Assembly (NCBI GenBank): GCA_964658305.1
Contig: OZ210885.1
Coordinates: forward strand, 13,888,001 to 13,952,000
Length of the DNA: 64,000 nt
Origin: Leptogorgia sarmentosa
Lineage: Eukaryota
Direction of reading: 5' to 3'
Shown: positions 20,739 to 33,978 of the stretch, one piece after another
Layout: the number at the start of each line of letters is the position of its first letter
How positions within the stretch are numbered: the stretch's first letter is position 1
Notes under the pieces: generated by a model
The model's database searches: none
Seen by the model: the letters and a program-made list of their open reading frames with translations, nothing else
What the model was told of the DNA's origin: nothing
Program-made: the position numbers and the translations under genes

Positions 20739-21212
20739 TTCCCCCAATTTCATTATTGGGGGAAGATTTCTCACTCATTATCAGTTCAAAAAAATTCTAA
20801 CAAATTATTCTTCACTTTACAGATAGCTAGATCCTCGCCGCCGCGAACCGGCATTTGGCAAGAGATACGTATATAATGACATCATTATTCAGTGCCGATG
20901 ACCGACGACGAACGAATTATGGTAAGCAGCCTAACACATTCATGTTATAATAGTCTTGGGTAGCTACTCGTTGGCCAACAAAGCTTAAGCAGCATCGCTG
21001 TTCATGAGATGAGATTAACATACTTTGATTTTTTTCTTAATTCCTATTGAACATGCGGGTCGAGAATTGTCGGAACGTGCAAACACGGTGCAGTCCGAGA
21101 GATCGATCGATCCATCTATCGACCGACAGAGAAACTCATTCCCATGCATTCGTTCCACAAGCATTCCTCGCCGTTGCAGCGTATAAAAGGTAATCGTATG
21201 CGCCATGAAGTC

Positions 21213-21376
21213 ATACTTACCTGACGCGAGAGGCACCTTGATCAACTAGGAGGTCCTCTCAGGATGAGGCCCTTTCATTGCACTTCGACTGGGTTGACTC
21301 CTGCGATTACCCCTAATGTGGGTAACTCGAGCGTATAATTTCTGGTAGTGGGGACCTGCGTTCGCGCTCGTCCCCT
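21213..21376 (+). ncRNA. RNU1: U1 snRNA
   Basis: Array copy. Confidence 0.98.
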
Positions 21377-22076
21377 TTATCCCCATCTTATTATTCTCAT
21401 TTCCAATACTCAAAACTCACATTACAAATGTCGTCGAGCATGTGTCAGTATATTGACGAGACAACAATTCCATGTATTCCTCACACTGGCGGCCGCCGCG
21501 TGTTTCACGAACACGTGTAACTCGATACTACATCGCGGTCATTCGAAACTAATACACAACCATGCAATCAATATTGGATTACTCACACCTTGTTGTAGGC
21601 ACGTCACGTGGAATGAACGAGTGAGTCAATCCATACACGCGCTGCCAACCGATCATGCATTTTATACTAGACTTATGTTAAACAACCATTTCCAATTCAA
21701 ATGCACTCGTCATTTCTCCAACCGAAGCGCAACCGGACACGCTTCGCTCAACTCAATGCATGTCGCTCATTTGCCATTCGCGAATCGGTCGCGAAGCCAG
21801 CGAATGGGAAAAAGCGCCACGTGCGCCCGCCAAAAAATCGCCAGAAATTCGTGGAGAACACACGTGCGTCGCGAGCAGTTTCGCGCGTGCAGCCGAATTA
21901 ATTAGCAGCGCACAAACGATCGATTGTACGCGTCATCATGCCGCGTGCCACAACGTTTGCGGCTCGTTTCGCTTGCGATTTCGCGGCCGGGGCTGCTAAT
22001 GGCGGCGCGAAGGAGGACCGCATTTTTTCACCTTGTCTTTCTCGCTTAAAAGATGGCGTGGAACGGCGAAGAAGGC

Positions 22077-22264
22077 ATCGCTTCTCGGCCTTTTGGCTAA
22101 GATCAAGTGTAGTATCTGTTCTTATCAGCTTAATATCTGATATGTTAGGCAATGTCCTAACTCATATATTAAACTGATTTTTGGACCTCGGCCATGGGAT
22201 TGAAGCTTGCTTCGCCCTGGCCACGGGTTGTCTCGGTATTGCACTACCTCCGAGTACGGCCCAC
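22077..22264 (+). ncRNA. RNU2: U2 snRNA
   Basis: Array copy. Confidence 0.98.
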
Positions 22265-22738
22265 TTCCCCCAATTTCATTATTGGGGGAAGATTTCTCAC
22301 TCATTATCAGTTCAAAAAAATTCTAACAAATTATTCTTCACTTTACAGATAGCTAGATCCTCGCCGCCGCGAACCGGCATTTGGCAAGAGATACGTATAT
22401 AATGACATCATTATTCAGTGCCGATGACCGACGACGAACGAATTATGGTAAGCAGCCTAACACATTCATGTTATAATAGTCTTGGGTAGCTACTCGTTGG
22501 CCAACAAAGCTTAAGCAGCATCGCTGTTCATGAGATGAGATTAACATACTTTGATTTTTTTCTTAATTCCTATTGAACATGCGGGTCGAGAATTGTCGGA
22601 ACGTGCAAACACGGTGCAGTCCGAGAGATCGATCGATCCATCTATCGACCGACAGAGAAACTCATTCCCATGCATTCGTTCCACAAGCATTCCTCGCCGT
22701 TGCAGCGTATAAAAGGTAATCGTATGCGCCATGAAGTC

Positions 22739-22902
22739 ATACTTACCTGACGCGAGAGGCACCTTGATCAACTAGGAGGTCCTCTCAGGATGAGGCCCTT
22801 TCATTGCACTTCGACTGGGTTGACTCCTGCGATTACCCCTAATGTGGGTAACTCGAGCGTATAATTTCTGGTAGTGGGGACCTGCGTTCGCGCTCGTCCC
22901 CT
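22739..22902 (+). ncRNA. RNU1: U1 snRNA
   Basis: Array copy. Confidence 0.98.
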
Positions 22903-23602
22903 TTATCCCCATCTTATTATTCTCATTTCCAATACTCAAAACTCACATTACAAATGTCGTCGAGCATGTGTCAGTATATTGACGAGACAACAATTCCATG
23001 TATTCCTCACACTGGCGGCCGCCGCGTGTTTCACGAACACGTGTAACTCGATACTACATCGCGGTCATTCGAAACTAATACACAACCATGCAATCAATAT
23101 TGGATTACTCACACCTTGTTGTAGGCACGTCACGTGGAATGAACGAGTGAGTCAATCCATACACGCGCTGCCAACCGATCATGCATTTTATACTAGACTT
23201 ATGTTAAACAACCATTTCCAATTCAAATGCACTCGTCATTTCTCCAACCGAAGCGCAACCGGACACGCTTCGCTCAACTCAATGCATGTCGCTCATTTGC
23301 CATTCGCGAATCGGTCGCGAAGCCAGCGAATGGGAAAAAGCGCCACGTGCGCCCGCCAAAAAATCGCCAGAAATTCGTGGAGAACACACGTGCGTCGCGA
23401 GCAGTTTCGCGCGTGCAGCCGAATTAATTAGCAGCGCACAAACGATCGATTGTACGCGTCATCATGCCGCGTGCCACAACGTTTGCGGCTCGTTTCGCTT
23501 GCGATTTCGCGGCCGGGGCTGCTAATGGCGGCGCGAAGGAGGACCGCATTTTTTCACCTTGTCTTTCTCGCTTAAAAGATGGCGTGGAACGGCGAAGAAG
23601 GC

Positions 23603-23790
23603 ATCGCTTCTCGGCCTTTTGGCTAAGATCAAGTGTAGTATCTGTTCTTATCAGCTTAATATCTGATATGTTAGGCAATGTCCTAACTCATATATTAAAC
23701 TGATTTTTGGACCTCGGCCATGGGATTGAAGCTTGCTTCGCCCTGGCCACGGGTTGTCTCGGTATTGCACTACCTCCGAGTACGGCCCAC
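23603..23790 (+). ncRNA. RNU2: U2 snRNA
   Basis: Array copy. Confidence 0.98.
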
Positions 23791-24264
23791 TTCCCCCAAT
23801 TTCATTATTGGGGGAAGATTTCTCACTCATTATCAGTTCAAAAAAATTCTAACAAATTATTCTTCACTTTACAGATAGCTAGATCCTCGCCGCCGCGAAC
23901 CGGCATTTGGCAAGAGATACGTATATAATGACATCATTATTCAGTGCCGATGACCGACGACGAACGAATTATGGTAAGCAGCCTAACACATTCATGTTAT
24001 AATAGTCTTGGGTAGCTACTCGTTGGCCAACAAAGCTTAAGCAGCATCGCTGTTCATGAGATGAGATTAACATACTTTGATTTTTTTCTTAATTCCTATT
24101 GAACATGCGGGTCGAGAATTGTCGGAACGTGCAAACACGGTGCAGTCCGAGAGATCGATCGATCCATCTATCGACCGACAGAGAAACTCATTCCCATGCA
24201 TTCGTTCCACAAGCATTCCTCGCCGTTGCAGCGTATAAAAGGTAATCGTATGCGCCATGAAGTC

Positions 24265-24428
24265 ATACTTACCTGACGCGAGAGGCACCTTGATCAACTA
24301 GGAGGTCCTCTCAGGATGAGGCCCTTTCATTGCACTTCGACTGGGTTGACTCCTGCGATTACCCCTAATGTGGGTAACTCGAGCGTATAATTTCTGGTAG
24401 TGGGGACCTGCGTTCGCGCTCGTCCCCT
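24265..24428 (+). ncRNA. RNU1: U1 snRNA
   Basis: Array copy. Confidence 0.98.
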
Positions 24429-25128
24429 TTATCCCCATCTTATTATTCTCATTTCCAATACTCAAAACTCACATTACAAATGTCGTCGAGCATGTGTCAG
24501 TATATTGACGAGACAACAATTCCATGTATTCCTCACACTGGCGGCCGCCGCGTGTTTCACGAACACGTGTAACTCGATACTACATCGCGGTCATTCGAAA
24601 CTAATACACAACCATGCAATCAATATTGGATTACTCACACCTTGTTGTAGGCACGTCACGTGGAATGAACGAGTGAGTCAATCCATACACGCGCTGCCAA
24701 CCGATCATGCATTTTATACTAGACTTATGTTAAACAACCATTTCCAATTCAAATGCACTCGTCATTTCTCCAACCGAAGCGCAACCGGACACGCTTCGCT
24801 CAACTCAATGCATGTCGCTCATTTGCCATTCGCGAATCGGTCGCGAAGCCAGCGAATGGGAAAAAGCGCCACGTGCGCCCGCCAAAAAATCGCCAGAAAT
24901 TCGTGGAGAACACACGTGCGTCGCGAGCAGTTTCGCGCGTGCAGCCGAATTAATTAGCAGCGCACAAACGATCGATTGTACGCGTCATCATGCCGCGTGC
25001 CACAACGTTTGCGGCTCGTTTCGCTTGCGATTTCGCGGCCGGGGCTGCTAATGGCGGCGCGAAGGAGGACCGCATTTTTTCACCTTGTCTTTCTCGCTTA
25101 AAAGATGGCGTGGAACGGCGAAGAAGGC

Positions 25129-25316
25129 ATCGCTTCTCGGCCTTTTGGCTAAGATCAAGTGTAGTATCTGTTCTTATCAGCTTAATATCTGATATGTTAG
25201 GCAATGTCCTAACTCATATATTAAACTGATTTTTGGACCTCGGCCATGGGATTGAAGCTTGCTTCGCCCTGGCCACGGGTTGTCTCGGTATTGCACTACC
25301 TCCGAGTACGGCCCAC
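25129..25316 (+). ncRNA. RNU2: U2 snRNA
   Basis: Array copy. Confidence 0.98.
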
Positions 25317-25790
25317 TTCCCCCAATTTCATTATTGGGGGAAGATTTCTCACTCATTATCAGTTCAAAAAAATTCTAACAAATTATTCTTCACTTTACAG
25401 ATAGCTAGATCCTCGCCGCCGCGAACCGGCATTTGGCAAGAGATACGTATATAATGACATCATTATTCAGTGCCGATGACCGACGACGAACGAATTATGG
25501 TAAGCAGCCTAACACATTCATGTTATAATAGTCTTGGGTAGCTACTCGTTGGCCAACAAAGCTTAAGCAGCATCGCTGTTCATGAGATGAGATTAACATA
25601 CTTTGATTTTTTTCTTAATTCCTATTGAACATGCGGGTCGAGAATTGTCGGAACGTGCAAACACGGTGCAGTCCGAGAGATCGATCGATCCATCTATCGA
25701 CCGACAGAGAAACTCATTCCCATGCATTCGTTCCACAAGCATTCCTCGCCGTTGCAGCGTATAAAAGGTAATCGTATGCGCCATGAAGTC

Positions 25791-25954
25791 ATACTTACCT
25801 GACGCGAGAGGCACCTTGATCAACTAGGAGGTCCTCTCAGGATGAGGCCCTTTCATTGCACTTCGACTGGGTTGACTCCTGCGATTACCCCTAATGTGGG
25901 TAACTCGAGCGTATAATTTCTGGTAGTGGGGACCTGCGTTCGCGCTCGTCCCCT
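25791..25954 (+). ncRNA. RNU1: U1 snRNA
   Basis: Array copy. Confidence 0.98.
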
Positions 25955-26654
25955 TTATCCCCATCTTATTATTCTCATTTCCAATACTCAAAACTCACAT
26001 TACAAATGTCGTCGAGCATGTGTCAGTATATTGACGAGACAACAATTCCATGTATTCCTCACACTGGCGGCCGCCGCGTGTTTCACGAACACGTGTAACT
26101 CGATACTACATCGCGGTCATTCGAAACTAATACACAACCATGCAATCAATATTGGATTACTCACACCTTGTTGTAGGCACGTCACGTGGAATGAACGAGT
26201 GAGTCAATCCATACACGCGCTGCCAACCGATCATGCATTTTATACTAGACTTATGTTAAACAACCATTTCCAATTCAAATGCACTCGTCATTTCTCCAAC
26301 CGAAGCGCAACCGGACACGCTTCGCTCAACTCAATGCATGTCGCTCATTTGCCATTCGCGAATCGGTCGCGAAGCCAGCGAATGGGAAAAAGCGCCACGT
26401 GCGCCCGCCAAAAAATCGCCAGAAATTCGTGGAGAACACACGTGCGTCGCGAGCAGTTTCGCGCGTGCAGCCGAATTAATTAGCAGCGCACAAACGATCG
26501 ATTGTACGCGTCATCATGCCGCGTGCCACAACGTTTGCGGCTCGTTTCGCTTGCGATTTCGCGGCCGGGGCTGCTAATGGCGGCGCGAAGGAGGACCGCA
26601 TTTTTTCACCTTGTCTTTCTCGCTTAAAAGATGGCGTGGAACGGCGAAGAAGGC

Positions 26655-26842
26655 ATCGCTTCTCGGCCTTTTGGCTAAGATCAAGTGTAGTATCTGTTCT
26701 TATCAGCTTAATATCTGATATGTTAGGCAATGTCCTAACTCATATATTAAACTGATTTTTGGACCTCGGCCATGGGATTGAAGCTTGCTTCGCCCTGGCC
26801 ACGGGTTGTCTCGGTATTGCACTACCTCCGAGTACGGCCCAC
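26655..26842 (+). ncRNA. RNU2: U2 snRNA
   Basis: Array copy. Confidence 0.98.
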
Positions 26843-27316
26843 TTCCCCCAATTTCATTATTGGGGGAAGATTTCTCACTCATTATCAGTTCAAAAAAATT
26901 CTAACAAATTATTCTTCACTTTACAGATAGCTAGATCCTCGCCGCCGCGAACCGGCATTTGGCAAGAGATACGTATATAATGACATCATTATTCAGTGCC
27001 GATGACCGACGACGAACGAATTATGGTAAGCAGCCTAACACATTCATGTTATAATAGTCTTGGGTAGCTACTCGTTGGCCAACAAAGCTTAAGCAGCATC
27101 GCTGTTCATGAGATGAGATTAACATACTTTGATTTTTTTCTTAATTCCTATTGAACATGCGGGTCGAGAATTGTCGGAACGTGCAAACACGGTGCAGTCC
27201 GAGAGATCGATCGATCCATCTATCGACCGACAGAGAAACTCATTCCCATGCATTCGTTCCACAAGCATTCCTCGCCGTTGCAGCGTATAAAAGGTAATCG
27301 TATGCGCCATGAAGTC

Positions 27317-27480
27317 ATACTTACCTGACGCGAGAGGCACCTTGATCAACTAGGAGGTCCTCTCAGGATGAGGCCCTTTCATTGCACTTCGACTGGGTTG
27401 ACTCCTGCGATTACCCCTAATGTGGGTAACTCGAGCGTATAATTTCTGGTAGTGGGGACCTGCGTTCGCGCTCGTCCCCT
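27317..27480 (+). ncRNA. RNU1: U1 snRNA
   Basis: Array copy. Confidence 0.98.
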
Positions 27481-28180
27481 TTATCCCCATCTTATTATTC
27501 TCATTTCCAATACTCAAAACTCACATTACAAATGTCGTCGAGCATGTGTCAGTATATTGACGAGACAACAATTCCATGTATTCCTCACACTGGCGGCCGC
27601 CGCGTGTTTCACGAACACGTGTAACTCGATACTACATCGCGGTCATTCGAAACTAATACACAACCATGCAATCAATATTGGATTACTCACACCTTGTTGT
27701 AGGCACGTCACGTGGAATGAACGAGTGAGTCAATCCATACACGCGCTGCCAACCGATCATGCATTTTATACTAGACTTATGTTAAACAACCATTTCCAAT
27801 TCAAATGCACTCGTCATTTCTCCAACCGAAGCGCAACCGGACACGCTTCGCTCAACTCAATGCATGTCGCTCATTTGCCATTCGCGAATCGGTCGCGAAG
27901 CCAGCGAATGGGAAAAAGCGCCACGTGCGCCCGCCAAAAAATCGCCAGAAATTCGTGGAGAACACACGTGCGTCGCGAGCAGTTTCGCGCGTGCAGCCGA
28001 ATTAATTAGCAGCGCACAAACGATCGATTGTACGCGTCATCATGCCGCGTGCCACAACGTTTGCGGCTCGTTTCGCTTGCGATTTCGCGGCCGGGGCTGC
28101 TAATGGCGGCGCGAAGGAGGACCGCATTTTTTCACCTTGTCTTTCTCGCTTAAAAGATGGCGTGGAACGGCGAAGAAGGC

Positions 28181-28368
28181 ATCGCTTCTCGGCCTTTTGG
28201 CTAAGATCAAGTGTAGTATCTGTTCTTATCAGCTTAATATCTGATATGTTAGGCAATGTCCTAACTCATATATTAAACTGATTTTTGGACCTCGGCCATG
28301 GGATTGAAGCTTGCTTCGCCCTGGCCACGGGTTGTCTCGGTATTGCACTACCTCCGAGTACGGCCCAC
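28181..28368 (+). ncRNA. RNU2: U2 snRNA
   Basis: Array copy. Confidence 0.98.
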
Positions 28369-28841
28369 TTCCCCAATTTCATTATTGGGGGAAGATTTCT
28401 CACTCATTATCAGTTCAAAAAAATTCTAACAAATTATTCTTCACTTTACAGATAGCTAGATCCTCGCCGCCGCGAACCGGCATTTGGCAAGAGATACGTA
28501 TATAATGACATCATTATTCAGTGCCGATGACCGACGACGAACGAATTATGGTAAGCAGCCTAACACATTCATGTTATAATAGTCTTGGGTAGCTACTCGT
28601 TGGCCAACAAAGCTTAAGCAGCATCGCTGTTCATGAGATGAGATTAACATACTTTGATTTTTTTCTTAATTCCTATTGAACATGCGGGTCGAGAATTGTC
28701 GGAACGTGCAAACACGGTGCAGTCCGAGAGATCGATCGATCCATCTATCGACCGACAGAGAAACTCATTCCCATGCATTCGTTCCACAAGCATTCCTCGC
28801 CGTTGCAGCGTATAAAAGGTAATCGTATGCGCCATGAAGTC

Positions 28842-29005
28842 ATACTTACCTGACGCGAGAGGCACCTTGATCAACTAGGAGGTCCTCTCAGGATGAGGCC
28901 CTTTCATTGCACTTCGACTGGGTTGACTCCTGCGATTACCCCTAATGTGGGTAACTCGAGCGTATAATTTCTGGTAGTGGGGACCTGCGTTCGCGCTCGT
29001 CCCCT
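28842..29005 (+). ncRNA. RNU1: U1 snRNA
   Basis: Array copy. Confidence 0.98.
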
Positions 29006-29705
29006 TTATCCCCATCTTATTATTCTCATTTCCAATACTCAAAACTCACATTACAAATGTCGTCGAGCATGTGTCAGTATATTGACGAGACAACAATTCC
29101 ATGTATTCCTCACACTGGCGGCCGCCGCGTGTTTCACGAACACGTGTAACTCGATACTACATCGCGGTCATTCGAAACTAATACACAACCATGCAATCAA
29201 TATTGGATTACTCACACCTTGTTGTAGGCACGTCACGTGGAATGAACGAGTGAGTCAATCCATACACGCGCTGCCAACCGATCATGCATTTTATACTAGA
29301 CTTATGTTAAACAACCATTTCCAATTCAAATGCACTCGTCATTTCTCCAACCGAAGCGCAACCGGACACGCTTCGCTCAACTCAATGCATGTCGCTCATT
29401 TGCCATTCGCGAATCGGTCGCGAAGCCAGCGAATGGGAAAAAGCGCCACGTGCGCCCGCCAAAAAATCGCCAGAAATTCGTGGAGAACACACGTGCGTCG
29501 CGAGCAGTTTCGCGCGTGCAGCCGAATTAATTAGCAGCGCACAAACGATCGATTGTACGCGTCATCATGCCGCGTGCCACAACGTTTGCGGCTCGTTTCG
29601 CTTGCGATTTCGCGGCCGGGGCTGCTAATGGCGGCGCGAAGGAGGACCGCATTTTTTCACCTTGTCTTTCTCGCTTAAAAGATGGCGTGGAACGGCGAAG
29701 AAGGC

Positions 29706-29893
29706 ATCGCTTCTCGGCCTTTTGGCTAAGATCAAGTGTAGTATCTGTTCTTATCAGCTTAATATCTGATATGTTAGGCAATGTCCTAACTCATATATTA
29801 AACTGATTTTTGGACCTCGGCCATGGGATTGAAGCTTGCTTCGCCCTGGCCACGGGTTGTCTCGGTATTGCACTACCTCCGAGTACGGCCCAC
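29706..29893 (+). ncRNA. RNU2: U2 snRNA
   Basis: Array copy. Confidence 0.98.
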
Positions 29894-30369
29894 TTCCCCC
29901 AATTTCATTATTGGGGGAAGATTTCTCACTCATTATCAGTTCAAAAAAATTCTAACAAATTATTCTTCACTTTACAGATAGCTAGATCCTCGCCGCCGCG
30001 AAACCGGCATTTGGCAAGAGATACGTATATAATGACATCATTATTCAGTGCCGATGACCGACGACGAACGAATTATGGTAAGCAGCCTAACACATTCATG
30101 TTATAATAGTCTTGGGTAGCTACTCGTTGGCCAACAAAGCTTAAGCAGCATCGCTGTTCATGAGATGAGATTAACATACTTTGATTTTTTTCTTAATTCC
30201 TATTGAACATGCGGGTCGAGAATTGTCGGAACGTGCAAACACGGTGCAGTCCGAGAGATCGATCGATCCATCTATCGACCGACAGAGAAACTCATTCCCA
30301 TGCATTCGTTTCCACAAGCATTCCTCGCCGTTGCAGCGTATAAAAGGTAATCGTATGCGCCATGAAGTC

Positions 30370-30533
30370 ATACTTACCTGACGCGAGAGGCACCTTGATC
30401 AACTAGGAGGTCCTCTCAGGATGAGGCCCTTTCATTGCACTTCGACTGGGTTGACTCCTGCGATTACCCCTAATGTGGGTAACTCGAGCGTATAATTTCT
30501 GGTAGTGGGGACCTGCGTTCGCGCTCGTCCCCT
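30370..30533 (+). ncRNA. RNU1: U1 snRNA
   Basis: Array copy. Confidence 0.98.
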
Positions 30534-30912
30534 TTATCCCCATCTTATTATTCTCATTTCCAATACTCAAAACTCACATTACAAATGTCGTCGAGCATGT
30601 GTCAGTATATTGACGAGACAACAATTCCATGTATTCCTCACACTGGCGGCCGCCGCGTGTTTTCACGAACACGTGTAACTCGATACTACATCGCGGTCAT
30701 TCGAAACTAATACACAACCATGCAATCAATATTGGATTACTCACACCTTGTTGTAGGCACGTCACGTGGAATGAACGAGTGAGTCAATCCATACACGCGC
30801 TGCCAACCGATCATGCATTTTATACTAGACTTATGTTAAACAACCATTTCCAATTCAAATGCACTCGTCATTTCTCCAACCGAAGCGCAACCGGACACGC
30901 TTCGCTCAACTC

Positions 30913-31012
30913 NNNNNNNNNNNNNNNNNNNNNNNNNNNNNNNNNNNNNNNNNNNNNNNNNNNNNNNNNNNNNNNNNNNNNNNNNNNNNNNNNNNNNNNN
31001 NNNNNNNNNNNN
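30913..31012. other. Assembly gap (100 N)
   Basis: Run of N; true size unknown. Confidence 1.
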
Positions 31013-32304
31013 TCGACTCTGGATATCACTCGCGATCAGACGGATATAATTCGAATAAAACTAACTCGAACATGAAATATACAAATCGATCGCGTTATGT
31101 TGATCAGCCGAATAACGTAAATATCCCTTCATCTCCCATGCCTCGCAAGAATCTATTTAACACTTTCAGTAAACCCGTCCACAGACAAGATATATATCGA
31201 CCAGCACCCGTTCATGAAAAAGAGGTCACTAACAATCAAACAGCTAACAAGTCGGACGAACCAACTCAGGAAGTAACGACTGAATCTCCAGCCACTCCAA
31301 ACCCTCCTCAATCCCTATCTCCCCCCAACACACCAAATCCCTCAACCCCTCCTCCCACATCACCCAATACCCTTACATCCCTCTCAAATTCCGATGATCC
31401 CCCTAAACCCTTAACAACCAACCCTTCCTCCCAATTATCCCATACCGAACTCCCACCCACCAAATCCTTACCTGCAAACTCAAAACCTCCTTCCTCTTCT
31501 TCAGCCTCCTCGTCTAAATCTAAAAAGAAAAAGAAAAACAAGAAAGTTAGTATTGACACCTCCCCTCCTAAATCAGTGGTGGACAATCCTGATGATCTGC
31601 TTGCTTCCTCCGATCCCGTCACAATCATTCCCTCTCCTCCTGTATTTGTCGTTTCTAAAGATTCTATAGATGGTGATATCAAAACAGAAATAGATCCAAC
31701 CTCACCAGAATATGATCCTCAAAATGACTCCTTTACTTCCCAACCTGATCCTCTTCCCATCGATTCCTTTGGACGACTTGCTCATACCATCAGAGCCGAA
31801 AGAATGGACATCCAAGGCACATGTCGCCTATGTCACGCTGAAGTCAAATCCCATCAAGCTGACTCGCATCTTCTGGATTGCAGAGGAATTAACCAAACTG
31901 ACACGGATGACTTTGCCTATGAATATGTGAACATTACAAATAACACTTATCAGAACGTTATATCGCTTATTTTAGATTATAGTGAATGCATAATGCATGA
32001 TGACGAACTTACGGCTATATTCAGTAATTTGTCTACTTCGCGCCAATTCTTCTCCGATCTTGAATCTTTGCTTGACCGCAAAGCTATTAAAATTTATAAA
32101 CAATTAGGTATACACGGTCAACAAAAACGATTTAACATTCTTCGATATGATTAATATCTCCATCTCTGTCCATAAATATTTTAGTGCGTAAAAGTCACTA
32201 ACTTATATTAATTGTCTTGATACACTATGTACATTAGTCTACTTACTAGCAACTATCTATCACCTGTAATCTTTTCACCTTGTTTTTGAATAAATTTGTT
32301 ACAA
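31013..32304 (+). mobile_element. U2-inserted protein-coding element A (5' part lost in gap), no RT in the visible part, Utopia-type 3' end
   Basis: Ends TTTTGAATAAATTTGTTACAA joined to U2 nt 39 (TCTGTTCTTATCAG), the same junction as the elements ending at 37416 and 56878. Confidence 0.88.
31015..32154 (+). CDS. Unknown protein, partial (>379 aa): DSGYHS motif, Pro/Ser/Thr-rich linker, Lys run, CX2CX11HX3C finger, helical C-terminal domain
   Basis: Open frame from the gap to the stop; C-terminal ~140 aa align by eye with the 35792-37270 protein. Confidence 0.85.
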   Translation, partial: DSGYHSRSDGYNSNKTNSNMKYTNRSRYVDQPNNVNIPSSPMPRKNLFNTFSKPVHRQDIYRPAPVHEKEVTNNQTANKSDEPTQEVTTESPATPNPPQSLSPPNTPNPSTPPPTSPNTLTSLSNSDDPPKPLTTNPSSQLSHTELPPTKSLPANSKPPSSSSASSSKSKKKKKNKKVSIDTSPPKSVVDNPDDLLASSDPVTIIPSPPVFVVSKDSIDGDIKTEIDPTSPEYDPQNDSFTSQPDPLPIDSFGRLAHTIRAERMDIQGTCRLCHAEVKSHQADSHLLDCRGINQTDTDDFAYEYVNITNNTYQNVISLILDYSECIMHDDELTAIFSNLSTSRQFFSDLESLLDRKAIKIYKQLGIHGQQKRFNILRYD

Positions 32305-32454
32305 TCTGTTCTTATCAGCTTAATATCTGATATGTTAGGCAATGTCCTAACTCATATATTAAACTGATTTTTGGACCTCGGCCATGGGATTGAAGCTTGC
32401 TTCGCCCTGGCCACGGGTTGTCTCGGTATTGCACTACCTCCGAGTACGGCCCAC
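32305..32454 (+). pseudogene. RNU2: U2 snRNA 3' part (nt 39-188), interrupted
   Basis: Follows the 3' end of element A. Confidence 0.95.
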
Positions 32455-32923
32455 TTCCCCCAATTTCATTATTGGGGGAAGATTTCTCACTCATTATCAG
32501 TTCAAAAAAATTCTAACAAATTATTCTTCACTTTACAGATAGCTAGATCCTCGCCGCCGCGAACCGGCATTTGGCAAGAGATACGTATATAATGACATCA
32601 TTATTCAGTGCCGATGACCGACGACGAACGAATTATGGTAAGCAGTCTAACACATTCATGTTATAATAGTCTTGGGTAGCTACTCGTTGGCCAACAAAGC
32701 TTAAGCAGCATCGCTGTTCATGAGATTAACATACTTTGATTTTTTTGTTAATTCCTACTGAACATGCGGGCCGAGAATTGTCGGAACGTGCAAACACGGT
32801 GCAGTCCGAGAGATCGATCGATCCATCTATCCACAGACAGACAAACTCATCCCCATGCATTCGTTCCACAAGCATTCCTCGCCGTTGCAGCGTATAAAAG
32901 GTAATCGTATGCGCCATGAAGTC

Positions 32924-33087
32924 ATACTTACCTGACGCGAGAGGCACCTTGATCAACTAGGAGGTCCTCTCAGGATGAGGCCCTTTCATTGCACTTCGAC
33001 TGGGTTGACTCCTGCGATTACCCCTAATGTGGGTAACTCGAGCGTATAATTTCTGGTAGTGGGGACCTGCGTTCGCGCTCGTCCCCT
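32924..33087 (+). ncRNA. RNU1: U1 snRNA
   Basis: Array copy. Confidence 0.98.
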
Positions 33088-33790
33088 TTATCCTCATCGA
33101 ATTATTCTCATTTCCAATACTCAAAACTCACATTACAAATGTCGTCGGCTCGGCATCCTAGTTTATTGAAGGCACAACAATCGTATGTGCTCCTCACACT
33201 GCAGCTAGGCCGCGTGTTTCACGAACACGTGTAACTCGATACTACATCGCGGTCATTCGAAACTAATACACAAACATGCAATCAACATTGGATTACTCAC
33301 ACCTTGTTATAGGCACGTCACGTGAAATGAACGAGTGAGTCAATCCATACACGCGTTGCCAACCGATCATGCATTTTATACTAGACTTATGTTAAACAAC
33401 CATTTCCAATTCAAATGCACTCGTCATTTCTCCAACCGAAGCGCAACCGGACACGCTTCGTTCAACTCAATGCATGTCGCTCATTTGCCATTCGCGAATC
33501 GGTCGCGAAGCCAGCGAATGGGAAAAAGCGCCACGTGCGCCCGCCAAAAAATCGCCAGAAATTCGTGGAGAACACACGTGCGTCGCGAGCAGTTTCGCGC
33601 GTGCAGCCGAATTAATTAGCAGCGCACAAACGATCGATTGTACGCGTCATCATGCCGCGTGCCACAACGTTTGCGGCTCGTTTCGCTTGCGATTTCGCGG
33701 CCGGGGCTGCTAATGGCGGCGCGAAGGAGGACCGCATTTTTTCACCTTGTCTTTCTCGCTTAAAAGATGGCGTGGAACGGCGAAGAAGGC

Positions 33791-33978
33791 ATCGCTTCTC
33801 GGCCTTTTGGCTAAGATCAAGTGTAGTATCTGTTCTTATCAGCTTAATATCTGATATGTTAGGCAATGTCCTAACTCATATATTAAACTGATTTTTGGAC
33901 CTCGGCCATGGGATTGAAGCTTGCTTCGCCCTGGCCACGGGTTGTCTCGGTATTGCACTACCTCCGAGTACGGCCCAC
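33791..33978 (+). ncRNA. RNU2: U2 snRNA (only intact copy right of the gap)
   Basis: Array copy. Confidence 0.98.

Larger units (their letters stand above)
11412..30912 (+). repeat. U2-U1 snRNA tandem array, 1526-bp unit, ~12.8 near-identical units up to an assembly gap
   Basis: ORF track and sequence repeat with exact 1526-bp period; only 1-bp homopolymer indels seen in the last two units. Confidence 0.99.

Noticed and set aside
28365..30665. Single-base indels in the last two left-block units (~28371, ~30001, ~30310, ~30660)
   Set aside because: All are in homopolymers near a contig end; probably sequencing error
11499..30912. Repeated 66-185 aa ORFs in each 1526-bp unit
   Set aside because: They overlap U1/U2 or GC-rich spacer, have no recognisable domain, and are frameshifted in variant units
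11412..30912. CRISPR-like or prokaryotic repeat system
   Set aside because: Units are wholly identical with no variable spacers, contain spliceosomal snRNAs, and the context is intron-containing eukaryotic DNA
30629..31075. ORFs spanning the N run (including the 30859 start of the 431-aa ORF)
   Set aside because: Artefact of translating through the gap; only 31015-32154 is supported
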